A DNA stretch of 64,000 nucleotides from Chloroflexota bacterium (lineage in GTDB: Bacteria > Chloroflexota > Dehalococcoidia > DSGV01): the NCBI GenBank assembly GCA_021787985.1, contig JAJYLG010000004.1, forward strand, positions 22,869-86,868. Reading direction: 5' to 3'. Each line of letters begins with the position of its first letter. The stretch's first letter is position 1. The position numbers were made by a program, and so were the translations under genes. The notes under the pieces were generated by a model. That model did no database searches. It worked only from the letters and a program-made list of their open reading frames with translations, and was not told the DNA's origin. Of the stretch, positions 27,448 through 36,775 are shown one piece after another.

Positions 27448-28371
27448 TCAGCGGACGGCGTTCAGCGCGCCGATCGCCAGCGCCAGCTCGCAGGCGAGGG
27501 TCGCGGCGAGCAGCGTGAGCGCCATGACGCGGCTGACGTTGCGCACCAGCAGCGCGCCGCCGGCGTTCACCACCAGCAGGATCGCGCCGAAGACCGGGAT
27601 GGCCAGCACGGCCGAGCGCGAACCGACGCGGACGACGCTGCCCTCGGGGAAGCGGACGGTGATAGTGGCCGGCAGCGAGTTGAAACGGGCGTAGACGACG
27701 ATGCCGACCAGGACGGCCGCCACGGCCGCGGCGAGCATCAGGCCTTGCGCCCAGCGGTCCAGCCAGAAGGGCAACGCGGCGACGAAGCCGCGCACCGGCG
27801 CGTGGCGGAGCTGCACCTCCGGCCCGACCTCCTGGGCGCGCTGTACCTCGAGCGCGAAGCGAGCCGGCTCGCGGACGGTCAGCCCGTAGGTGGCATCCGG
27901 CGTCACGACATACAGCAGGTCGTCCGGCGTGCGGTGCGTGCTGAAGAAGCAGACCTCGCCCAGCCGGCGCACCTCGCCCCTGCCGACGTGCAGCCCCGGC
28001 AGGTTCAGCCCGCGGACGCGCGGCGCGCCCAGGCTCCGCCCCAGCACGATGCGCTCGATGTCGGACATCGGTACGAGGACGCGCATCGTCCCCCACTGGA
28101 TGGCCAGCCCGTTGCGGTCGACGATGTAGCGCAGCGCCGCCGCCGCGTAGGCCAGGTAAAGCGCGCCGAAGCAGAATAGCCCGAGCACGCAGGCGACGGC
28201 GTAGGAGAGATAGCCGGCCAGCGAGGGCCCGGTGCTCAGCCCGCGAGCGGCCAACCCCAGGCCGAGCCCGCCGCAGAACGCGGCGGCGAGCAGGGCGACG
28301 ACGATCGGCGTGCCGCGCGGCGGCCGGACCAGGTAGCCGGTCGGCGGCGCGGTCGGGGCAGCGAGCGTCAC
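27448..28371 (-). CDS. Membrane protein with bacterial PH (bPH_2/YdbT-like) domain
   Basis: TM helices flanking YIVDRNGLAIQWG...IERIVL. GTG start at 28371 abuts the ilvE stop; the ORF-track start at 28407 overlaps ilvE. Confidence 0.55.
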   Translation of the reverse strand: MTLAAPTAPPTGYLVRPPRGTPIVVALLAAAFCGGLGLGLAARGLSTGPSLAGYLSYAVACVLGLFCFGALYLAYAAAALRYIVDRNGLAIQWGTMRVLVPMSDIERIVLGRSLGAPRVRGLNLPGLHVGRGEVRRLGEVCFFSTHRTPDDLLYVVTPDATYGLTVREPARFALEVQRAQEVGPEVQLRHAPVRGFVAALPFWLDRWAQGLMLAAAVAAVLVGIVVYARFNSLPATITVRFPEGSVVRVGSRSAVLAIPVFGAILLVVNAGGALLVRNVSRVMALTLLAATLACELALAIGALNAVR

Positions 28372-29306
28372 TGCGCGGCGGCGACCCGTGGGCTCACCGG
28401 CGTGCACCAGTGGCGGTACTTGGGCAGGCGGCCCGTGACGGCGTCGAAGTAGAGCTCTTGCAGCCGGCCGGCCACGGGGCCGATCTGACCGTCGCCCACC
28501 GGGCGGTGGTCGATCTCGACCACGGGCGTGAGGTGCGCGGCGGTCCCGGTCATGAAGACCTCGTCGGCGATGTACAGCTCCGACCGGTCGATGGGGCGCT
28601 CCTCCGTCTCAACGCCGAGCTCCTCCCGCGCCAGGGTGATGGCGGTGTCGCGGGTGATACCCTCGAGGACATCGCCGTACACCGGCGGCGTGATCAGCCT
28701 GCCCTTGCGCAGAATGAAGAGGTTCTCGCCCGAGCCTTCGGAGACGTGCCCGCTCTCGTCGAGCATGATCGCTTCGTCAAAGCCGTTGAGGACGGCCTCG
28801 CTCTTGGCCAGGGCGGAGTTGACATAGATCCCGGTGACCTTGGCGCGTGCCGGGATCCCGGTGTCGGCCACACGCCGCCAGGAGCTGGTGCAGCAGCGAG
28901 CGCCGCGGCTCGTGTCCAGATAGGCGCCGAACGGCGTCACGAACACCAGCAGGTCGGAGTCGATGTTGTGCAGCCGAACGCCGACCACCTCGCCGCTCTT
29001 GTAGGCGATCGGCCGGATGTAGACATCCTCTTCGAAGTCGCACATGCCGACCAGCCGGGTCGTGAGGTCGGCTAGCTCGTCCGCGGACTGTGGCAGGTCG
29101 ATGAGCAGGACCTTGGCCGAGTTCTTGAGGCGCTCATAGTGCTCGCGCACGCGGAAGAGATAGAGCGTACGGTCGTCCGAGTTCCAGTTGCCGCGGATCC
29201 CCTCGAAGCACGCCGTACCGTAGTTGAAGGCGTGCGTCATTACCCCGACCTTTGCCTCGGACAGCGGCACGAACTCCTTGCGGATATAGGCCATCGCCTG
29301 GGGCAT
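28368..29306 (-). CDS. ilvE: Branched-chain amino acid aminotransferase
   Basis: 312 aa. Class IV aminotransferase motifs (FEGIRGNWN, YIRP, TGTAAHLTPV). Confidence 0.9.
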   Translation of the reverse strand: MPQAMAYIRKEFVPLSEAKVGVMTHAFNYGTACFEGIRGNWNSDDRTLYLFRVREHYERLKNSAKVLLIDLPQSADELADLTTRLVGMCDFEEDVYIRPIAYKSGEVVGVRLHNIDSDLLVFVTPFGAYLDTSRGARCCTSSWRRVADTGIPARAKVTGIYVNSALAKSEAVLNGFDEAIMLDESGHVSEGSGENLFILRKGRLITPPVYGDVLEGITRDTAITLAREELGVETEERPIDRSELYIADEVFMTGTAAHLTPVVEIDHRPVGDGQIGPVAGRLQELYFDAVTGRLPKYRHWCTPVSPRVAAAQ

Positions 29307-29390
29307 CGGGGTAGACTCCTTTCAGTATGACCGGCCAAGAAGGCCCGCTTGCGACAGTATAGCGCAGGGGCCTTCGATTTCCGGCCGGAA

Positions 29391-30290
29391 ATGGAGGGCT
29401 GGATGCCGCGACCGTTCCCCGTCTATCGCGTGGGCGATCTCGAGGTCACCGTCATCTCGGACGGCACCTTCTGGCTGGACGCGGGGTCCGTCTTCGGCCC
29501 GGTTCCCCGCACCGTGTGGGAGCCGGTGGTGGGGGACGCGCTGAACGCGCTCAACCAGATCCCCCTATCGCTCAACTGCCTGGTGGTGCGCGGCTCCGCG
29601 GCGGCGCGCGTCGTGCTCATCGAGACCGGGATGGGGAACAAGCTGGACGAGCGCGGCCGCAGGTTCTATCCCGGCGACTACGGCTACCTGGTGCGCGAGC
29701 TGGCGGAGCTGGGCATCTTCCCCGACGAGGTGGACATCGTCATCAACACGCACCTGCACCAGGACCACTGCGGCTGGAACACGACCCGGCTGCACGGCGC
29801 GCTCGTGCCCACCTTCCCCAACGCGCGCTACTACGTGCAGCGCAAGGAGCTGGACCTGATCGAGCACCCGAACGAGCGCACGCGCGCCACCTACGTGGCG
29901 GACAACATCCAGCCGCTGATGGAGACCAAGCAGGTGACGTTCCTGGACGACGAGTTCCAGGTGACGCCCGAGGTGCGGATCGTGCCGACGCCCGGACATA
30001 CGCCGGGGCACGCCTCGGTGGTGCTGGCCAGCGGCCACGAGACGGGGGTCTATATCGGCGACATCGGGCAGCACCGGGCGCAGGTCGAGCGGCTGGCGTG
30101 GATGTCGGGCTTCGACCTGATGCCGCTCGTCTCGCTCGAGACGCGCCGTCGCCTGCTGCGCGAGGCCGTCGCGAGGAACGAGCTGCTGTTCTGCGCGCAT
30201 AACCCGTATCCCGGCGTGGGCCGGCTGCGCGAGGACGAGTCCGGGCAGCGCACGCTGGTGGACGAGCCGCCCGCGGAGACGCTGCCGTGA
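29391..30290 (+). CDS. MBL-fold metallo-hydrolase
   Basis: HLHQDHCGWN metal-binding motif and TPGHTPGH. Immediately upstream of gcvT. Confidence 0.75.
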   Translation: MEGWMPRPFPVYRVGDLEVTVISDGTFWLDAGSVFGPVPRTVWEPVVGDALNALNQIPLSLNCLVVRGSAAARVVLIETGMGNKLDERGRRFYPGDYGYLVRELAELGIFPDEVDIVINTHLHQDHCGWNTTRLHGALVPTFPNARYYVQRKELDLIEHPNERTRATYVADNIQPLMETKQVTFLDDEFQVTPEVRIVPTPGHTPGHASVVLASGHETGVYIGDIGQHRAQVERLAWMSGFDLMPLVSLETRRRLLREAVARNELLFCAHNPYPGVGRLREDESGQRTLVDEPPAETLP

Positions 30291-30318
30291 GGCGGCGCCG
30301 TTGCCCGGGGCGCCTCAC

Positions 30319-31431
30319 GTGAGCTCGGCCACACCGCGTCAGACCGCCCTCAACCCGCGGCACCGCGCGGCCGGCGCGCGGATGGTGCCGTTCGCCGGCT
30401 GGGAGATGCCGCTGCAGTACCGCGGCATCGTGGAGGAGCACCTCGCGGTCCGCCGCCGGGTCGGCGTGTTCGACGTCTCGCACATGGCGCGTTTCTTCCT
30501 CGCCGGGGCGGACGCGGGCGCGGTCATCCGCCGGACGGTCACGTACGACGTGCTGGCAATGGAGCCGGAGACCGGCCACTACAGCGTCGCGTGTGATGAC
30601 GCGGGCGGCATCCTGGATGACCCCTACGTCTACCGGCTCGGCCCGCAGCGCTGGATGGTGGTGGGCAACGCCGCGCGTCGCGAGGTCGACCTGGAGGCGC
30701 TGCGGGCGGCAGTTCGCTCCGGAGACGACGTGGAGCTGGACGATCGGACGGAAGCGACGGCAATGCTGGCGGTCCAAGGGCCGCAAGCGGCCTCCCTCCT
30801 CGGCGCCCTGCTGGCCCCCGAGATCGTCGGGCGCGTGGAGCCACACCACACCACCGAGGTGGCGCTGGTGGGTTACAAGGCGCTGGTCAGCCGCACCGGC
30901 TACACGGGCGAGGACGGCTTCGAGCTGGTGCTGGCGGCGGCGGTAGCGGCCGAGGTCTGGGACCGCCTGCTGTCCGGCGGCGCTGAGCCCTGCGGACTGG
31001 GTGCGCGTGACACGCTGCGGCTCGAGGCGGCGCTGGCGCTGTATGGCAACGACATCGACGTGACGACCGACCCGTTTGAGGCGGGCCTTGGTTGGGTGGT
31101 CTCGCTCGAAGATGCAGGGGACTTTCGCGGCCGGGCCGCGCTCGTCGGCAGGAAGGCGGCCGGCCGAACGCGAGCGCTCGCCTGCATCCGCGCCGCCGAA
31201 CGCGGGCCGGTGTTCCGCCACGGCTGCGCCGTGCTGGCGGGCGGCGCGCGGGTCGGCGGGCTGACCAGCGGCGGTTACTCGCCTGTGCTGGAGACGTCGA
31301 TCGGGATGGGCTACCTGCCGGTCGAGCAGGCGAAGTCGGGGACGCGCGTGGAGGTGGAGGTGCGCGGACGACGCGAGCGGGCGGAGGTGGTGCGGCGGCC
31401 GTTTTACCGGCGGGCGGCCGGGTCATCCTGA
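30319..31431 (+). CDS. gcvT: Glycine cleavage system T protein (aminomethyltransferase)
   Basis: GARMVPFAGWEMPLQY and VGVFDVSHM. GTG at 30319 preferred over the TTG at 30301. Confidence 0.85.
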   Translation: MSSATPRQTALNPRHRAAGARMVPFAGWEMPLQYRGIVEEHLAVRRRVGVFDVSHMARFFLAGADAGAVIRRTVTYDVLAMEPETGHYSVACDDAGGILDDPYVYRLGPQRWMVVGNAARREVDLEALRAAVRSGDDVELDDRTEATAMLAVQGPQAASLLGALLAPEIVGRVEPHHTTEVALVGYKALVSRTGYTGEDGFELVLAAAVAAEVWDRLLSGGAEPCGLGARDTLRLEAALALYGNDIDVTTDPFEAGLGWVVSLEDAGDFRGRAALVGRKAAGRTRALACIRAAERGPVFRHGCAVLAGGARVGGLTSGGYSPVLETSIGMGYLPVEQAKSGTRVEVEVRGRRERAEVVRRPFYRRAAGSS

Positions 31432-31480
31432 GGCGAGCGGGCCGTATACTCGGAGCACAACGTATCTGAGGGGGCGAGCC

Positions 31481-31861
31481 GTGCAATTCCCCGCCGAGCT
31501 GCGATACTCCCGCGAGCACGAGTGGGTCCGAGTGGAAGACGGAGCGGCGGTGGTCGGGATCACCGACTTCGCCCAGGACCAGCTCGGCGACGTGGTGTTC
31601 GTCAGCCTGCCGGCCGTCGGGAGCAAGGTGGCCGCGCTCGAGAAGATGGGCGAGATCGAGTCGGTGAAATCGGTCTCGGAGCTCTACTCGCCGGTGTCGG
31701 GGACCGTGGTCGAGATCAACCAGGCCGCGGTTGACAGCCCCGAAACGATCAACCGTGACGCGTACGGCGAGGGCTGGCTGCTGCGCGTCGCGATGGATGG
31801 CGGCCTGCCGGATGGCCTGCTCTCCGCCGACGAGTATCGCGCCGTGGTGGGCGCCGAGTAG
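31481..31861 (+). CDS. gcvH: Glycine cleavage system H protein
   Basis: 126 aa. Lipoyl-lysine motif EKMGEIESVKSVSELYSPVSG. Confidence 0.9.
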   Translation: MQFPAELRYSREHEWVRVEDGAAVVGITDFAQDQLGDVVFVSLPAVGSKVAALEKMGEIESVKSVSELYSPVSGTVVEINQAAVDSPETINRDAYGEGWLLRVAMDGGLPDGLLSADEYRAVVGAE

Positions 31862-31880
31862 CCTCGGACTGGAGTTGACC

Positions 31881-33188
31881 GTGCGCAACCCCTACGTGCC
31901 GCACGTCGCGGACGAGCGGCGGGCGATGTGCGACGTGATCGGCGTCGCGTCTGCTGACGATCTGTTCGCCGATCTGCCGGCCCATCTGCGCGACCCACGG
32001 ATCGAGCTCCCGCCGCCGATGGCCGAGGCCGAGCTGCTGCGCCACTACCGCGCGCTCGCGGCGCGCACGGCCGATGCGCTCGCCGTGCCGTGCTTCCTTG
32101 GCGGACCGCTGCAGCGCCACGCCGTGCCGGCGGTGACGGCGTACGTTCTCGGCCGCGGCGAGTTCTCGACCGCGTACACCCCGTATCAGCCGGAGATCGC
32201 GCAGGGCACGCTCCAGGCGGCGTTCGAGTTCCAGTCCGCCGTCGCCGAGCTGACCGGGATGGACGTGGCCAACGCCGGCATGTATGACGGCCCGTCGGCG
32301 CTGGCCGAGGCCTGTCTGATGGCCGCGGCCGTCACCGGGCGTCGTCGCGTCGTGCTCGATGAGGGCGTCGACCCCGTCGCGGCCGACGTGGTGCGCACGT
32401 ACGCTTCCGGACACCAGCTCCAGGTCGAGACGGCCCGCGCGGCCGACGCTGACCTGGCGGGCGCCGCTGCGCTGGCGGTGCAGTACCCGGACGTGCTGGG
32501 CCAGGTCCGCCCGCTGGCGCCGCTCGCCGCACGGGCGCACGCCGCCGGCGCGCTGGTGTGCGCCAGCGCCGACCCGGTGGCGCTGGCGCTGCTGCAGCCT
32601 CCCGGCGAGGCCGGCGCCGACATCGTGGTCGGCGAGGGTGGGCCACTGGCGGCGCCGCCGACCTTCGGCGGGCCGAACCTGGGGCTGTTCGCCTGTCGCA
32701 AGGAGCTGGTCCGCCAGATGCCGGGCCGCATCGTCGGCGCCACCGTCGACGCGCGAGGCCGGCGCGGCTTCGTGCTGACGTTGCAGACGCGCGAGCAGCA
32801 CATCCGCCGCGAGCGGGCGACCTCGAACATCTGCACGGCCCAGCAGCTTCTGGCGACGGGGTTCGCGGTCACGCTGGCGCTGCTCGGCCCGGCAGGGCTG
32901 CGCGAGCTGGCGGAGACCTGCTACCAGCGAGCGCACGCGCTCGCCGCCCGCATCGCCACGCTGCCGGGATGGTCGGTGGCCAGCGAGCCGCCGTTCTTCC
33001 ATGAGTTCGCGGTCGCCGGCCCGTTGCCCCCGCGGGCAGTTAACGCGAGGCTGTGGGAGCACGGGATTGTCGGTGGGCGGCCGCTGGTCTGGCGCGGGAC
33101 GGAAGTGCTCGTCCTGTCCGTCACCGAGCTCAATCCGCCCGATCAGCTCGACGCGCTGGTCGCGGCGCTGACGGAGCCGCGGTCGTGA
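31881..33188 (+). CDS. gcvPA: Glycine dehydrogenase (decarboxylating) subunit 1
   Basis: GTG at 31881 with GGAG upstream. N-terminal NPYVPH...RRAMCDVIG. The ORF-track start at 31731 lies inside gcvH. Confidence 0.85.
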   Translation: MRNPYVPHVADERRAMCDVIGVASADDLFADLPAHLRDPRIELPPPMAEAELLRHYRALAARTADALAVPCFLGGPLQRHAVPAVTAYVLGRGEFSTAYTPYQPEIAQGTLQAAFEFQSAVAELTGMDVANAGMYDGPSALAEACLMAAAVTGRRRVVLDEGVDPVAADVVRTYASGHQLQVETARAADADLAGAAALAVQYPDVLGQVRPLAPLAARAHAAGALVCASADPVALALLQPPGEAGADIVVGEGGPLAAPPTFGGPNLGLFACRKELVRQMPGRIVGATVDARGRRGFVLTLQTREQHIRRERATSNICTAQQLLATGFAVTLALLGPAGLRELAETCYQRAHALAARIATLPGWSVASEPPFFHEFAVAGPLPPRAVNARLWEHGIVGGRPLVWRGTEVLVLSVTELNPPDQLDALVAALTEPRS

Positions 33189-34657
33189 ACCGGCGTGACG
33201 ACCGACTGACGTTCGAGCGCTCCGTACCCGGACGGCGTGGGCTGGGTGTGCCGGCGCCCGGCGTGCCAGAGCAGGAGCCGCTGCCGGGCGAGCTGCGGCG
33301 AGCCGCACCGCCCGGTCTGCCGGAGCTGAGCCAAGCGGAGGTGGTGCGCTACTACGTCGGTCTCGGACGGCTGAACTACAGCATCGAGACGGGCATGTAT
33401 CCGCTCGGCTCGTGCACGATGAAGTACAACCCGAAGGCGAACGACGAGGTGGCGGGGCTGTCGGGCTTCGCCGGCGCCCATCCGCTGCAGCCGGACGAGC
33501 TCAGCCAGGGCGTGCTGGAGGCGCTCTGGGAGCTGCAAGAGGCGCTCAAGGCGCTCACCGGCATGGCGGAGGCGACGCTCTGCCCGGCGGCCGGCGCGCA
33601 GGGAGAGCTCACCGGCATGCTGATGGTGCGGGCGTGGCACCGCGGGCGCGGCGAGGACGAGCGGCGGCGCAAGGTGCTGGTGCCGGACTCCGCGCACGGC
33701 ACGAACCCGGCCACGGCGGCGATGTGCGGCTATCAGGTGGTGGCCGTCCCCACGGACCCGGCCGGCAACATGGACATGGACGGGCTGCGCGCGGCCCTGG
33801 GCGACGACGTCGCCGGCCTGATGCTGACGCTGCCGAACACCCTGGGGCTATGGGAGCAGCACATCCTCGAGATCGCCGACGCGGTCCACGGGGCTGGCGC
33901 GCTGCTCTATGGCGACGGGGCGAACTTCAACGCCATCGCCGGACATGTCCGCCCGGGCGACCTGGGCTTCGATGCGATGCACGTCAACGTGCATAAGACG
34001 TTCAGCACGCCGCACGGCGGTGGCGGCCCGGGCGCTGGCCCCGTCTGCTGCGCGGCGGCGCTGGCGCCGTTCCTGCCCGATCCGCACATCGAACGCCGCG
34101 ACGGTCGCCTGGTGCGCGTGCGGCCCGAGCGGAGCATCGGCCGGGTCGGTCCCGGGCCGGGCAGCGTTGGCGTGCTGCTGCGCGCGGCGGCGTACCTGCG
34201 GACGCTGGGCCTCGATGGCATCCGCGAGATGAGCGCCGCCGCCGTCCTCAACGCGAACTACCTGCGTGTGCGGCTCGCTGCGACGTACGATCAGCCGTAC
34301 GACCGCCCCTGCATGCACGAGGCCGTCTTTTCGGCGCGCGCACTGAGGAGACAGGGTGTCCGCGCGCTCGACGTGGCCAAGCGCCTGATCGACTATGGGT
34401 TCCACCCGCCGACGATGTACTTCCCGCTGATCGTGGAAGAGGCGCTGATGATCGAGCCGACCGAGTCGGAGACGAAGGAGTCGCTCGATGCCTTCGCCAA
34501 GGCGATGCATGCCATCGCCGACGAAGCGGCGACCGAGCCGGAGCTGCTGCACGACGCGCCGCACGACGCCCCGGTGGGGCGACTTGATGAGGCGCTGGCC
34601 GCGCGGCGGCCGGTCCTGCGCTGGACGCCGGAGCAGTCGGTGGTGCCAGCGGGCTGA
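33185..34657 (+). CDS. gcvPB: Glycine dehydrogenase (decarboxylating) subunit 2
   Basis: GTG start overlaps the gcvPA stop (GTGA). Motifs GSCTMKYNPK and HVNVHKTFSTPHGGGGPG (PLP lysine). Confidence 0.85.
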   Translation: MNRRDDRLTFERSVPGRRGLGVPAPGVPEQEPLPGELRRAAPPGLPELSQAEVVRYYVGLGRLNYSIETGMYPLGSCTMKYNPKANDEVAGLSGFAGAHPLQPDELSQGVLEALWELQEALKALTGMAEATLCPAAGAQGELTGMLMVRAWHRGRGEDERRRKVLVPDSAHGTNPATAAMCGYQVVAVPTDPAGNMDMDGLRAALGDDVAGLMLTLPNTLGLWEQHILEIADAVHGAGALLYGDGANFNAIAGHVRPGDLGFDAMHVNVHKTFSTPHGGGGPGAGPVCCAAALAPFLPDPHIERRDGRLVRVRPERSIGRVGPGPGSVGVLLRAAAYLRTLGLDGIREMSAAAVLNANYLRVRLAATYDQPYDRPCMHEAVFSARALRRQGVRALDVAKRLIDYGFHPPTMYFPLIVEEALMIEPTESETKESLDAFAKAMHAIADEAATEPELLHDAPHDAPVGRLDEALAARRPVLRWTPEQSVVPAG

Positions 34658-34663
34658 GGGAAG

Positions 34664-35452
34664 TCAGGCGAGGGCGGCGAGGAACTGCCGCAGCTCGGCC
34701 GTGAACAGGTCGGCCGTTTCCAGGTTGCTCAGGTGGCCGGCGCCGGGCAGACGGATGAGCACGGAGTGCGGCGCCTTGCGCGCGATGGTGGCGAAGTCCT
34801 TGGGGGTGGTGAGCGCGTCCTCGCTCCCGACCATGACGAGGACGGGAGCCTGACAGCGGGCGAGGGCGGGCCGCGCGTCTGCGCGGCTGGCCATCATCTC
34901 CAGTGAGCCGGCCAGGCCTTCGGGCGTGGTGCTCAGCGCCAGCTCACGGACGCGGGCCGTCACCTCGGGCCGGCGCGCGCGCGTCGTCCTCCCGAGCAGG
35001 CGCGGCAGCAGCTCCTCCACCACCGGGGCGACGCCCTCCGAGCGCGCGCGTTGGGCTTGCGCTCGGCGTGCGTGAATGCGGGCCGGAGTGTCCGGCCCGG
35101 CGCGGGTGTCGGCCAGCACCAGGGCGCGGACGCGTCCGGGGGCGGCACGGGCGACCGCCATCGCCACGTAGCCGCCCATCGAGAGGCCGCAGAAGAACGC
35201 CTGGGCGAAGCCGAGCCGGTCGAGAATCGCCAACGCGTCGCCGGCCAGGTCATCCACCGTCCAGGGTGGCGTGACGCGCGTGCGGCCGTGGCCGCGCAGG
35301 TCGGGGATGACGCAGGTCATCTCCGCGCGGAGGCGACAGACCTGTTGCTCCCACATGTCGCCGTTGAGCGGAAAGGCATGGAGGAAGACGAGCGCCGGAC
35401 CGTTCCCCTGGACGTCGTAGTAGACCCGCGCCCCGGGGCGCTCGATCTCCAC
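34664..35452 (-). CDS. Alpha/beta hydrolase fold protein
   Basis: VFLHAFPLNGDMW, GLSMGGYVAMAV (nucleophile elbow), and a C-terminal His. Confidence 0.7.
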   Translation of the reverse strand: MEIERPGARVYYDVQGNGPALVFLHAFPLNGDMWEQQVCRLRAEMTCVIPDLRGHGRTRVTPPWTVDDLAGDALAILDRLGFAQAFFCGLSMGGYVAMAVARAAPGRVRALVLADTRAGPDTPARIHARRAQAQRARSEGVAPVVEELLPRLLGRTTRARRPEVTARVRELALSTTPEGLAGSLEMMASRADARPALARCQAPVLVMVGSEDALTTPKDFATIARKAPHSVLIRLPGAGHLSNLETADLFTAELRQFLAALA

Positions 35453-35456
35453 GAGG

Positions 35457-36023
35457 TCAGGCCTGGGCCGGCCGGTCGTCAGACGGAGACGAGGCGAAGC
35501 CGCGCCTGGCCGCGTCCTTGAAGCGCGCTGACTCGTGCTGCAGGACCGCTGCCACGTCGCGCGGCCGGGCCACTCCGCGGAAGGCGAAGTGTCGCTGCTC
35601 GGCGGCGGTCTGGCACTCGAGGTCGCCGAAGTTGAAGAGCGTGCCAAGCACGCCGCTGATGCGCGTCGTCTGATCCTCGATCTCGTCCAGGTCCGCCTCG
35701 GACATGTGGTAGTTGAACGGCGAGGTGCGCACCAGGTCGATCACCCGCCGGTCGGTGATCACCCACAGGTCGTTGACGTAGCGATACCAGAGCAGCCAGA
35801 TGCGGAACGCCAGCCACAGCCCCCAAGCGATCGAGATGGCCAGGGCGATCTTCCAGCCGATTCCGGCCGCCCAACCGGCCAGCCCCAGCAGATACCAGAG
35901 CAACGCCGGCGGCGCGACGAGCAGGATGAGGTCAAGGAGGAGATGAGGAAGGAAGTAGAGCCAGTGCCGACGTGTCAGCAGCACGATGCGCTCATTCGCC
36001 TGCAGGCTGAAGGGAAGGCTCAC
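35457..36023 (-). CDS. Membrane protein with bacterial PH (bPH_2/YdbS-like) domain
   Basis: Two N-terminal TM helices followed by WVITDRRVIDL, similar in architecture to 27448..28371. Confidence 0.6.
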   Translation of the reverse strand: MSLPFSLQANERIVLLTRRHWLYFLPHLLLDLILLVAPPALLWYLLGLAGWAAGIGWKIALAISIAWGLWLAFRIWLLWYRYVNDLWVITDRRVIDLVRTSPFNYHMSEADLDEIEDQTTRISGVLGTLFNFGDLECQTAAEQRHFAFRGVARPRDVAAVLQHESARFKDAARRGFASSPSDDRPAQA

Positions 36024-36234
36024 ATGTGCCTCCGCGTCGTATTCGCGGTCAGTATACGCGGCAGGCCGATGGTCGGGCGGCGGTCGGCCGCGGGCGAGCT
36101 ACCTCAGACCTCGTACACCTTCGGCGCTTCGTCGCCGCCGCGCTTGATGACCTTGACGGCGGTCTTCTCCCTCCTGGCGCGGGGCAAAGGCCGGCTGCGG
36201 GTGGGGTGGAGGGACGACCAGGGTGGCCTCGTCG

Positions 36235-36558
36235 TCAGGCGGCATATACGGTCCGGGCCGAGCCGAGGATGCGCTTGCGGCGCAGCCCATTCCGGCTTTC
36301 GAGGATGGCCTCGCGGTTCACCAGGTCCACCTCGCGGCCGAGGATCGCGGCGAGCTCCGCCTTCATGTCGAGGTACTCGCGCAAGCTGTTGCCCGCGCCC
36401 GTCGCGAAGGTCACCAGCACGTCGATGTCGCTGTCGGGGCGGAAGTCGTCGCGCAGGACGGAACCGAAGAGCGCGAGCTCCACGTCCCCCCACCTCTCAC
36501 AAGAAGCGCGGATCTGGTCCTCGGGGATGGTGATACTCGAGCGGTCAAGCCCCTTCAT
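36235..36558 (-). CDS. MNT-type nucleotidyltransferase domain protein (antitoxin-like); no HepT partner detected
   Basis: Start MKGLDRSS. Motif LFGSVLRDDFRPDSDIDVLV. The start ATG overlaps the stop of a 49-aa upstream ORF (36562..36711). Confidence 0.65.
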   Translation of the reverse strand: MKGLDRSSITIPEDQIRASCERWGDVELALFGSVLRDDFRPDSDIDVLVTFATGAGNSLREYLDMKAELAAILGREVDLVNREAILESRNGLRRKRILGSARTVYAA

Positions 36559-36775
36559 AGCGGAACCTCCCGCGCCATCATGCCCCGGACCACGTCCTGG
36601 GCATGCGACGGGTCGGTGATCTCGACAGAGCCCCGCAGCGGGTCGAGTCGATGGTGTCGCAGGGCGAAGCACGGAGGCGGACTCGCGATGATGACCAGGG
36701 CCATGGGCCAACCCTCACGCTCTGATCGTGCGTCGCCGCGCGGGACCTCTCGCAGGGCAGTGTATTCGCGTCGAG

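Noticed and set aside
29307-30320. Glycine riboswitch upstream of gcvT
   Set aside because: No GGAGAG...ACCGAAGG aptamer-like sequence is visible in the upstream leaders.
36024-36234. HepT-like toxin gene downstream of the MNT gene
   Set aside because: Translations of all minus frames lack the RxxxxHxY HEPN motif. Only Arg/Pro-rich or short peptides were found.
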